Of a stretch of DNA of 64,000 bases, positions 26,800 through 40,000 are shown one piece after another. Location of the stretch: contig NC_087247.1 in assembly GCF_037042905.1 (NCBI RefSeq), positions 62,620,001-62,684,000 of the forward strand, read 5' to 3'. The position numbers were made by a program, and so were the translations under genes. Under the pieces are notes generated by a model. It was not told the DNA's origin, did not search any database, and was given only the letters and a program-made list of their open reading frames with translations. Numbering within the stretch: the stretch's first letter is position 1; the number at the start of each line of letters is the position of its first letter. The stretch is from Lytechinus pictus. Its lineage: Eukaryota.

Positions 26800-28541
26800 C
26801 CAGAAACATTTGCCCACAATCATAATATAGGTGTATTAAAAACATCTATAGTGATAGTCCTGAAAAAAGATTAAACAATGACGACTAGTGTTGATCTCTA
26901 AATAAAAATAAAATTTTACAAGAATTGAATATTTGACGAACAAGATATAGTTCGTTCTCATCTAAAGTGTGATCAATGACGTTATTGTGCAAATTAATCA
27001 TTTGATTTTACTATCAAACTTGCCTCTTAACCTTTGACATAAAAGAACATAACCATCATAGAGTAGCTATTATTCAAGATGAGTGATAACCCTCTGACAT
27101 TTGTGAACCTGGAAGTCAAAGATCATCACTCATACTCAAAATTAACTTCAATCATATCAACACACTTGAAACAAGCAAAATGAATCAGCAGCAGGCAGTC
27201 TAGCAAATTTAGTTATTTACAGCACAAAATAATTCTATATTATATACAAATAAAGAAATATTCATAGTCACAGATGCTCAAATGGATGGTTTAAATGGTA
27301 TATTAAGTAAAAGTAATTGCAATATTAAAAAAATGAATTACTTTTCACACTAAATCTCATCATATGCATAACATTCAAAATCAAGAAGAACACACATGCA
27401 TTGAAATGCACATAACTGAACAAAATAGCAAAAAGTATATACAATATAAAAATTCTTTCATAACATGTCATTAGCTAACAGCATTAGTGCAATTCTTTCT
27501 ACTTATGTATTTCAAGGAATGTAATCAAACTCTCTACAAAATGTTTATCATTTGTACTCATTCTAATGATTTTTAGGTGTAACAGACTGTTCTGTGTATT
27601 GAAACAATAAAATTGTCACAAATATCTCTGAAAACGTTCATAAGTTAAATTTCCCAAAGTATGCATTACAAAATTTCATGGCTTCATGACATGCTTAATA
27701 GAATTAAAGCAAGATTTGAACCTGTCTTTTCTTTTTAAATTTTAAAGCAATCTGTTAACATGTTATGCCTCTCAGGATCATGTGTACTGCCTTTAACTCC
27801 AAGATGAAAGAAAAGCATCTCCCCACTGGATACATCTTTCAGGGGGGGGGGAGCAAAGAGGTAACAATAAAGTGATAATATAGTAATGAAATATGGTGAT
27901 AATATAGTAATAAAATTTGTATGCATGGCAAAGGAGGGGTTTCTTCTATTACACATTTAATCTGTGCAATTGAACTTGACTAAAATACAGAAAGCAGATA
28001 TCATGTTAATGTAGAACCATCATCAGCCCCCCCCCCAAAAAAAAAGAGAGAAAAATACATATACATCTAGACAGACCAGAATATATGAAATATATCTTAA
28101 CTAAAAATCAACTGGCAATTTTTTTTCTTAAAACTATTAACTGATATTGCAAATTTATTTTCAAACAAGATTTGTGAAACAGGCCCAAGATGAGAGCATT
28201 TCCTTATAATTTACTTTTACTTTTTTGAAGGGTGGGGGAGGCAGCAAACAAAACTGAAATATTCTATTTTAAAGAAGCTGTCGCAGCTGGACATTTACCT
28301 TTTGTTAATAATACAAACAGATTTATTGATTGAAATTAATTTCATGCTTTAAAGTGAATTCAAATGAATCCAGATTCATTGTTATTCAACTTTTCATTTA
28401 CTTACCACCTCAGAGTTATGATCATTCTACTAATGTTTACATTTTTGTCTATGTTATGTCATAAAATGTCTTTATATTGTTACAGGGCCCTGTTGGAGAC
28501 CAACATATTGGTGAAAGGCCTTCCCTGTTTTTTTCTTTTAC

Positions 28542-30011
28542 AGTTGAATTAAGAAGGGGGTGAGTTTCCATAAATATAGGTTCTACACACAATATATAGT
28601 ATACATAAGTTGTTCAAACAGATAGCATGTCACAAAAATCCCCTGCCTTCTCGATATTTTGCTTTGAAAGTCTATGAAATTAGCCACCTGTCAGAGCCCG
28701 AGAGACGAGTGTACAGAAAAGTCACTCGGAGTGTGACGTCACCGGGGGGAATTTAGTATAAGAGGTGCCTGAATGTCATACAGAAATGCTATGCAGAGAG
28801 AGAAAGATATTTTACAATTTTTTTTCAAAGCAACTCGAATCAAACAAATAGGACTGATATGTACAAATCTTTACTTTCCCTGTATAAAAAACAGTATGAA
28901 TAACCATCATGAACTCTTCAATAATGATGTAAGATAGCAAACAGTGAGTTATTGAATGATATTTTCACTATTTCTCATTTATTTTATCACGATGTTCAAT
29001 CAAGTGAGTAGCTGGAAAGTAATTCCGGCGGATAGCTCAGCTCTCGCTCAGCGCGCGCTGAACGCATAATACTATACACACAACACCCAGGCATTGAGTG
29101 TACTGTTATGGTCTGGTGGCCGTGCAGCGATCCCCTGGCGTTTTTTCTTCTTTTCTTTTGTCTTTGACTCCACTTTTATATCGATATCCTCTGGATCATT
29201 TCCACTCATAGCTCATTCCACAGAACAATCTTGAACCAAACGTATTATTCTTTCTCGGCCTTCTGAGTTGTTTTCTATATTTAATTACGCTAGGGGTCAC
29301 CGTCACACATACAAACGCAATTCGCAAGTGAGTTGAAGACAGAGAGATATACCGTATAGAATTATAGTAATTAGTATACATCTCTATGGTTGAAGACAAC
29401 AAGGAAGGTATGCGGTACGGTAGCTCGACAGCTAGCTGCGCCGGAGCGGGCGGCCGGTCGGCACAAAGCAATTCTGCAACCAACTGTGTTTTTTTGCAAG
29501 AGCCGCGTCACACGCGGATAAATATGTCATAATAACACGTCTGCTACGTTATCGACTGGTGAGAAGATCTCGATCAAATTTCATATTATTCACCTTGAAA
29601 TTATTCCTTTAGGGTCTATGGTATCATTCTGAGGGAATTTACATATTTGGAATAATAGTACGGCCACAAATATTTTAATCATTTCCTCTTTGCAAGTTCT
29701 ATGGCTCGCAGATACAACTTCAACTGCAGTTATTCCATATGAAGGCGTACGTGCATAGTACACAAAGCGGCACTGCCTTGTTTACTACACCGGGACCGAA
29801 TACCCCCCGGTGACGTCACACTCAAAGAACACCCGTCTCGGTAGGCATTGCAGGAGCGAACTCGGGGAAAATGGGTAGGGATAAATCGTTCAAATTCACT
29901 ATTTTGAAAAAAGAAAATGGGGGTTCGAATCACCTCTTAGTGTTTGGGGGGTTGTAAGGTTGCTATTAATGTAAATATCTCAATATTTGGAATCGTCTTC
30001 TTAATTCAACT
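28542..30011. mobile_element. non-autonomous DNA transposon, Kolobok-like
   Basis: 15-bp TIR AGTTGAATTAAGAAG / CTTCTTAATTCAACT, flanks TTAC and TTAA; perfect internal 20-bp inverted repeat GAGTGTGACGTCACCGGGGG (about 28729 and 29804). Confidence 0.7.
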
Positions 30012-30851
30012 TTAATGAAATAAATTTAATAAACATTTTAAGTGTCACATAATGACCAGGTTACAAGCAAATACATTTTGTACTTAGTAAACCTGAATTG
30101 AAAAAAATCCTTATGGTATTAATCTCTTTTTTAAGTGTCTGTTATACATCAAATCAAATACTGTTTTACTTCTCGAAAGATACTAATATTTATCATAGAC
30201 ATAATCTTCCTAACAAAAACACCTTGATGCACAGTTATTTTTTTCATTTAGGGTGAAAGGTTAAATAATTTTTGGCAAGAGCTATTTTCTCCTCTTACAT
30301 TATATACAATTTTCCCCCTTGAAGAGGAATATACACACATAACAGCATAGGATCTGACAATCACACGATAAACTTGATTTTAAGCTTTGAGAATTGACTA
30401 TCATAAAGCAAGATCTAATCCTCCTAACTGTTTCAAAGATTATCATTCATTCAACTGCAGTGACTCTGACAGCATTTTGATATTGTGACATAAATCCTGA
30501 TAAACTAACAATATTCAATTCTGAATTATCTACAAATACATAAGAATATAAAACTAGCTTCAGGCAGTGGCACTGGAATGTTCTGGACAGAAAAATGTTT
30601 TGAGGGTAGAGCCTTTGTTAAAATGCATTAGCTTGCCCCTCCAAACCTTTAGAGCATCCCATCCCAGTGCCACTAGTTTCAAGCAACAACAATGAGAATC
30701 CAGATGACATGTTTACAGCACCATACAAGCTACTTTTCCTTCAAAGTCCACCACTTCATCTCCATTCTTAATGCAGGTAAAGCAGCATATCAAAGTCATA
30801 ATAACTCCCTTCAGTAGTTTTTTAACCTTTCAGTTACAAATGAATTCAGTC

Positions 30852-31026
30852 TTAGACTCCATTAATGTTGTTAGTTGTTTGATCTCCTGAAGAGGTATTA
30901 TCATCTGATTCAGGTGAAACTCTTGTGTGAGCCTTTGCTCTATATTCTGTGATGATCACAGACACATCATTCACCACAACCTGAGTTGATATAGCACTAC
31001 TTCGGTCAACATTTTTTAATCTTGGT
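30852..31026 (-). CDS. RYBP: RYBP/YAF2 last coding exon (RING1-binding motif)
   Basis: RPRLKNVDRSS...VSVIITEY resembles vertebrate RPRLKNVDRST...VTVIITDF; acceptor ttcactacAG; stop TAA. Confidence 0.96.
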
Positions 31027-34000
31027 CTGTAGTGAAAGAAAAGGAAGGAAAAAAAATCAATTAAAGAGTACACACAAAAAGAAGTAAAATAAAAAAGTAC
31101 TAACATAAAAGGGACATGCATTTCAAATTCACTGAATATATGTACTTCTTGAAAATATCCATTGGAAGTAGCGGGTAGAGTACCTGAAGCAATATGTTCA
31201 TGTAGCATTTTCAGCATCACTTAAGTAAAACTATTCAAGAATTACTCTAAATTCCGAATTCAATTTACACACTCAAGGTGAACCAATGATGCCGGACATT
31301 TTTCTTACACTACAGAGTTAAATTACCAGCTATACACATATCTCATTGAAGCCCAGTAGTGGCCTCATCAAGTGCTTCCCACTCTTAATATATCCACTCC
31401 TTATCGCATTGAGTCATATGACCAATAAGCCTTATTTTGAGATAGACAAGTAGCATGAAATGTAATTTGGAGCTGGAACATGAGCTTTAACACATGCATT
31501 CAGATTTAATACCATGATTCTTTTTTCCTTTACCCACTCCATTCAAATGCCCTAAGGCTAAAAAATATATATGTGAAATGTAGATCAAGTGGAGGGGGTG
31601 TCAGAGGAAGGAAAAAAAGAGTCATTATTGGTCATTGAATCATATTTGAATTATTGGGGAAAAATAAAGGAAAAAAAAAATGCCAATATTATATGAGAAA
31701 GAAGTAACTATACAACAATGAAATAAGAGGTATTGAGTACAGTCAAAATGATATTCAAACGTCATTTATCTGGCCGATAATCTATAGGTACGAGGAGAAA
31801 ATTGAACATAACTATAATAATACATAGCATTTTGTGCTGATTATCTAGATGCCTATTCAATGGTGCACTTCATGTATATTGATGCATTGAGATGATGCAT
31901 GATATTGATTAAGTCATTTTGTTTGTAAAAGATGGCAATAACAAGTGGAACACCTATGGGCAGTCTCGTTTGCATTTTTTAATTCAATATAGCACAATAT
32001 AGCAGCAGTGCTGACTTTGAAAACAAGTTGCATGATTGAATAAAAAATAAGAGGAAAAAAACTCCATTCATTTGATAAAAAAATCTTTTTTAAATGACTC
32101 TGTATGCCAATGACCATCATCATGTTGACCAATAGCTGCATAAAATCTATAATAATGTTTTTATGTGCAGCAATGGCTTTATACAGGAGAAATTTGGAAT
32201 TGGTTCAATGAAAATTATGAAATAACCAACAAAACCATCATAACCCCCCCCCCTCTCGAGTGCTTTTCTAGAAATCTTACATATCCAGACAAAGGAAATA
32301 ATAGTTCAAAAACAAAACCGTATGTTAATGAACCATGAAACTTATCAAAACTTATAACAAGGTTATGCTCTTTTGGCACATTTCCTTTAGTTGAATTCCA
32401 AAATTGTCTTAAAAAGGAGAAAAAAAAAGTACAAACTACCGCTATAATGACATTCCCAGACAAAGCAAGTTAAATGATTGAACCCTTTGAAATGATTCAT
32501 TCCATTGTACAAGTGCAAATTGAATTTCTTTGTCTGTAAAGTGGGAATGAGATAATTTTGCCAAAGATTCTGTCACATATTAAATAAAGATCACATGTGC
32601 ACCATGCTGAATGCAAATTCTTGGTAAAAAATGTGTTATAATCACACTTCTAGCAAATAAAACCCAATAATAATTGACAATAAAACTTAATTCTATTGTT
32701 CCATGTAAGTGCATCTGAAGGGACATGCCTAACTATGAGTTACATGCTCTGAAAGAACTAGATAGCACTGGCATTATCAAATACAGTATTCATTGAATTA
32801 AATTATGTTCCGAGACATCTTCACCATGCATGCATAACACATTATTTCTTATGTGACCTAGAAAAAAAAACTGAAATGTGTATTTAATTTCCGGTTACCA
32901 ATGCATTTATTTCTTCTTTTAAAGTGCGAACTACATGTACATGTGTAGTACAATTTTCTGGAGGACAGTGTAAGAACACTTGCACTCGTTAGTGACAAAT
33001 GACATTGTCGTAAAAGACAATCTTCAAGTAAGGAATTATTTTGTTTATTTTTTTTCTTTCTTTATTGCGACCTTAACAGTTTTATTGAATAAAAAAAAGA
33101 TTCACAACTTGAGATGAAATAGCTGTTCAAGATGTTGATCGTCAACCAATAAAACTGGCAAGAATTGAATGTGTGCCAATTCATAAAGGGGTGTCTGAAG
33201 TTGTTTGGACAGCACTTCTTGTATTAAACTTAAAAGGCAGAATGAATGTAGTTCACAACAACATGATCTATATAAAAAGTTGTGCTTCTAAAGCTGTGAT
33301 ATTTCCTGTCATGTCTGGATAAGTGGGGTTTAAATATAAATATATAAACATTATGAAAGATTTAGCAATGGATTTAGATAAGAAAAATTAAAGTGACAAT
33401 TCATGCCAGGTTTTATCTCAACTTTTTAACCCATGATGATGTCCTAAAAAAATGAATGACTGCAATTTGCACTGCAATTTTTTTTGTTAGATAAATTGAA
33501 ACATGACTACATATCACACTATATATAGTAAGAGATCCTGTTGAATGAAATATACATGTAAATGCTTGTAATCATACAGGAAAAGTGCTAATAATTAATC
33601 AGAGAAAATCACAATTTAACTTAAAAGCCTGAAAATGACAGAACTTGTAACCTCTATATACAACATGCATCTATAAAATAATATTTTTTTTTGCAAAATA
33701 ACATACTGCTGCTACTTATAAAATTATACATTTTTTCAAATGAAAAACAATATTCACCATGTAGGAGTAACAGATTAAATGAGAACTCTGACTAACACAA
33801 CAAAAGATGAGATAAGAGTATCAAGCACTGAAATATACATTTTGTAGGACATCCTCTGCTGGTATCAATTTGATTCAACATCTGAAGCCATGCAGCATTT
33901 CGGTCTTTTCGGATATCTTCAAGTGGTACGTTTAAGTATGAACTGGGACATTACTGACTGTGCGCATACAGGATATGAAGATCAGGCCATGTCTCCCGAA

Positions 34001-37000
34001 TCATAACATGAAAACAAGGTACTTTGTAACAATATACATGTACCTTATCCATTACAAATACAACATTGCCACAAGTTAATATACATTTTACAGATTATTA
34101 TTTGTCATTAAAAGTCAATACGGTGGATCATATAATTTCATCACTTATTCTCACATTTACAAACCAAAAAGGCATATATTATGTTACTTAGAGCTCTGCG
34201 AGATCACAGTTTCATAAAAAATAAAGTTCTTGAGGAAGGTTAAAGAAAATAATAAATTGTATGTGGGTTGATATTATCACAGCCCTGGGTAAAATATTAC
34301 CTGTTTTTCCTTTGATTTAAACCTTGTTTTCTGAGGTGTTTGGGTTGGTGTAGACCAGTTCCAGGGGCCATGAATTGTTGGGCTCTCTGTTGAGCAACTA
34401 CCTGTGCATTCAAACGTGGCTTACTAGAAAAAAAATGGAATGGTAGTAAGACACACTTTTAATAATAATAATACAAATATCCAGATCTTTTATAGTTCAC
34501 ATCAAGTCATTATCTAATATGTCTATGCACTTCCAAAGGGTCTAAGGATGTGATTACCCTGGTTTTAAATAACTGCCATCACCACCAATGGTACTACATA
34601 ATGTTTACTTCATTCTATCAAGAGAGGAAAATCAATCTTCAGTATTAGGATATCAAAATACATTTTGTATTATACTGTAAGAATTATACAATATTTAGAG
34701 TTTTGCTAATTAGTAATAAGGAGAAGACTCTTCATCAAATCACAATAGGTGACAGAAATGGCAATTCAACATGTTCAGGGAAGAATCTTGTTTCACATTA
34801 TAATGAGGAAAAAAAAAATCGCAATTCACATAACAAATACAAAAGAAATAGTGAGTGGGTGACACCATTGGTTCTACCATTTGCATATTTACCAGGATAT
34901 AAATGTTTTGTATAATGAAGCAAAACTTTCAAATTAACTTTAAAAAATGTCAAGACTTTGCTACATTTACTATTTTACAACATCCAATTTTGATGACATT
35001 TTAAGTGTTAAATTTGTATGAATTTTCTCTTCCTATTGAAAATATTTTTTTTAGTGCTTTCACTCTTAACAAGAACAAACTTGAAAACCCATAAAATTAA
35101 ATGATTACAATGTTTTAGAAAACAGTACAGCATTTGTTGTCTGCAAATTAGCCAATTATCACATTTAATCTAATTCTTTTATACCATATTACATGAAACA
35201 TATTTATATATACAGTCTATCAAAGACTGTAAAGAATTTACATTCAATAATGTAGAACCTACTTTTGAAACAATTGATTGCACAAATGATTTGTTGATGA
35301 AACGTGTACAGTTGGCTGCCATCTGAATGACTAAATTTGAATTAATTGAACAGGTCTCATAATCTTGGAAGAAAAAAATTTGCGAAGTTGTTCTGTCAAA
35401 AATATTTCATTTCTTAGAAGTAAGAAATGTAGGCTCGAGATGTAATGGTCCACTAGTGATACATGTAGCTGGATAATAATGGTGACCCACTTGATATTTA
35501 TCAATAACTGTTCTTTTTCTCTGTATTGTTCACACTAACCTAAGGGGGAAATGAGCGAGTTCCCTGCCAAGGGAAATTTAAATCCCTCCCAGGAAGCTGG
35601 GGTCTGGCTGACAACACACACAACAGGACACTGCCTTCCTCATTACCTTAACATGAACATAGAGGGCGACATTGATCTATCTACTTGTATCTAGAATTGA
35701 TCACATCTACTTATTCACAAAGAAATTAAGCACAACTCAATAACTCTAAACACCCAATATTATTTATGTATGTTATTTGTTGTATATGGAAAGGGAAATC
35801 ATTAGTCAAATATTAAGGTGCATAAGGCAGAACTCTACAATGTATCACAAGTGGAATGCCTCTGGCAGTCTTGCCTGCATTACGCGGTATATAGCAGCAG
35901 TGCTGACTTTGAAAATAGCTATTGAATAAATATTAACAAAATGAAACACTCATATGATAATAAAATACTATATCCATTGACCAAAAATGTCCTTTGACCA
36001 TGATAATATGACCTAAAATAATCAGTCATACTTGATTATGTCTATGTTTTATGAACTACATGTGTAGATCCATGAACTTTCTAAGTTATGATGCCAATTG
36101 AATTTAACAAATAACCCCAACATGGCCAAAGTTTGACCTTGAATGACCAGGATGTTCAGGGATACTTAATTGCTCTTATGTCTGAGTTTCATGAACTAGA
36201 TATGGATATCATGAAAAGCGCTATATAAGACTAAGTTATTATTATTATTAGATCCATAAAATTTCAAAGTTATGATGACATTTCCACAAATACCCCCAAC
36301 ATGGTCAAAGATTGTTGACCCTATAAAGTGACCTTTGACCTTGGTCATATGACCTGAAAATTAGGCAGGGTCTTCAATGATACACGATCACCCTTATACA
36401 CATGTTTCATGGACTAGGTCCATATACTTTTTAAGTTATGACAACATTTCAAAAACTTAACCTTGGGTAAGATTTCGATATTGATCCCCCCAACATGGTC
36501 TAAGTTCATTGACCCTAAATGACGTTTGAACTTGGTCATGTGACCTGAAACCAAGGCAGGATGTTCAATAATACTTGATCACCCTTATGTCCAAGTTTAA
36601 TGAACTATGTCCATACTATTTAAGTAATGATGTCATTTAAAAAACTTAACCTTAACAATGTTGTCGCCGCTGCCATCGCTGTCGGAAAAGCGGCGCCTAT
36701 AGTCCCGCTCTGCTATGCAGGCGAGACAAAAACAAAGATATTTGGGAAATTATTAAACTTTCTTACCGAGTAGAAGTACCCTTTCTGACATCACACATCT
36801 CACATTTAAAAGCTTCTGATCTATTACGATAGGTGCAGACACTACAGTCCCAGTAGTTGGCTTCTGGAGAGCGAGACACTCGTTTCTGTCTCCTGACAAG
36901 ATATGAAAAATACATACATTGTATACATCAGGGTGTAACAAGTGCCTGTTATCATGGCGGGGGGGGGGGGGGGGGGGGAGGAGTCATAAAGTCCAAATTT

Positions 37001-40000
37001 GCTGGAAAACTAAAATAGGCGGGAGTAAATCCTTTTGCTGGTTTTGAGAGGCAAGCTCCAAAAGGGTCCAAGGGATGGATCCCATAAGCATAAATTGCTT
37101 TCAAGTGCATTATGAATATCAAAATGTAGTTCACAAATTGCAAGTATCAAAATTTTAAAATTTTTCCCATGAACACATCAAATTTTCCCATCATAAAAGC
37201 AACAGGAAAAATAAAATAAAAACATACTTTTAGCACAGAATTAGACAGTGGTCTAACTTAAATCTGATTTCAGAATATGGGCCATAATCTCAGGAGGAAC
37301 GTGTACCATCAATTAAAATAATATTGTTTCTGTTATACCTAGCAAAATGCTTAAAATCTGGACAAAACATAGGCCCATATTGGGTGACGCATTTAGCCAT
37401 TAGAGCTTGCACTAATGGGGTAACCATCTGTGTCTGCGGATGGTTTTGTAGAAAAAAAAGGGGTCTCTGGAACTTAAAGGTCAAATCCACCCAAGAAAAT
37501 GTTGATTTGAATAAATAGAGAAAAATCAAACTAGCATAATGCTGAAAATTTGATCAAAATTGGATGTAAAATAAGAAAGTTATGGCATTTTAAAGTTCCG
37601 CTTATTTTTCACAACAGTTATATGCACAACTTATTGACATGAAAATGAAAGAGTCGATGATGTCACTCACTCACTATTTCTTTTGTTTTTTATTGTCTGA
37701 ATTATACAATTTTTCATTTTTTACAGATTTGACAACAAGGGCCAACTTGACTGACCCATATAGTATTAAAATAATGTTAATTCCACATGTTCAGGGAGGA
37801 ATTAATCTTTGTTTCACTTGACAATGAGGTGAAAATTAGAATATTCAGTATTTCACACAATAAAATACAAAAGAAATAGTGAGTGGGTGATGTCATCAGT
37901 CTCCTCATTTGCATACCGACAAGGATGTTTATTTAACTGTTTTGTGAAATTAAGCAAAACTTTAAAATATCATAACTTTCTTATTTTACATCCAATTTTG
38001 ATGAAATTTTCAGTGCTATGCTCGTTAGATTTTTCTCTTCTTATTCATATCAACTTTTTGTTAGGGTGGACTTGTCCTTCACACACAGATCTGGGCGTGG
38101 GGTTGCATGATCAGCCAATTAGCAGTCAGGGATTTTTCATATAACTTTTAACGGTAAATTTCATATAACTTTCTCTGTATCAATTCAATAAATGTGAGGT
38201 ATAGCACTGCATTATTCGGGGCAAGTACAATATACTGGATTATATCCCGAGTGCAGGTTTGTTTCACCGAGGCCGAGGTGAAATAGACCTGCACGAGGGA
38301 AAATTTTATATTTGGAGTTCATATAGTCCAGTAATATTGTATGATAGCATGTTCACTATTTACCACAGTAAATTGTACAACGCCTACTTGACGTATGCAA
38401 GCGAATGGGAGGCTGAATCTCAAACATTCGTACCGTTGCACACGTACCATCCAAAATGTACCTTGCACGGGTCAGGAAAAGGTGACGTCACTATGAAAAG
38501 TAAGATTCAACGCATTGCATGCGCTTACATGTAGTAGTGCTGTTGTCGGGAACAAAAATCCATGTCGACATGTCGCTTAAAAATTAATCCCGACATCGAC
38601 AATGTCGACATGAAAAAGGGACTGTAATTTAGCCTAGGCTCCCTAACAATCATTCGATCGTGGCACATAACACTCTCTCAATCAAATGTGTATTCACCTT
38701 GACACAGGTGATATTCCCACACTAGATCTACACAGGCTCAGTTCGGGAAAACATATTTTGACTAAGCTATAGTGAATTCACTTCCAAAATCACTGATTTA
38801 ATCCACATTTATTCTGGAGAATCAAGTTTTTGTACCACAATCAGGTCTCACAAGCATTGCGCAATAACGCTCGGAGCTAATTTGAGAATCACCGATCGCA
38901 ACAGTAATCATACACATGTGCTGCAAAGGCAAGCTCCTCAAATTGACAAAAAACAAGGCAAACGCCAAGCGTTGTCTCGCCTGCATATTGCAGTCATGAA
39001 GAGACTGCATGTCAAAACTACATGTATGCTATATGACTTAGATGGACCTCTGTTACGAGTTTGGCGATCCCACCTCGAAGCTATAGAAAGTTATTGTGTG
39101 TACAACACAGCAGTGCCAGTCATGGAAAGTTCATTGACCATTGACCTTAATCAAATTCAACTCACATTCGAACTTGACCTGCACCTTCAAGAGATGGACC
39201 TCCTGTTTGAATTTGGCAATCCTACCTCGAAGATATAAAAAGTTATTATGTGTACATCAAAGCACAGTGCTAGTCATGGAAAGTTCATTGACCTTTGACC
39301 TTAATCAAATTCAACTCACATTTGAACTTGACCTGCACCTTCAAAAGATGGACCTCTTGTATGAATTTGGCAATCCTAACTCGAAGATATAGAAAGTTAT
39401 TGTGTGTACAGCACAGCACAGTGCTAGTCATGGAAAGTTCATTGACCTTTGACCTTATTCAAATTTGGCTCATATTCGAACTTGACCTGTACCTTCAAGA
39501 GATGGACGTCTGTTATGAATTTGGCGATCTCACCTCGAAGCTATAGAAAGTTATTGTGTGTACAACACAGCACAGTGCCAGTCATGGAAAGTTCATTGAC
39601 CTTTGACCTTATTCAAATTCGACTCATATTCAAACTTGACCTGTGCCTTCAGGAGATGGACCTCTGGTATGAATTTGGTGATCCCACCTCGAAGATATAG
39701 AAAGTTATTATGTGTACAACACAGCACAGTGCCAGTCATGGAAAGTTCATTGACCTTTAACCTTATTCACATTCGATTAATATTCGAACTTGACCTGTGC
39801 CTTCAGGAGATGGACCTCTGGTATGAATTTGGTGATCCCACCTCGAAGATATAGAAAGTTATTATGTGTACAACACAGCACAGTGCCAGTCATGGAAAGT
39901 TCATTGACCTTTGACCTTATTCAAATTCGACTCATATTCAAACTTGACCTGTGCCTTCAGGAGATGGACCTCTGGTATGAATTTGATGTTCCCACCTCGA

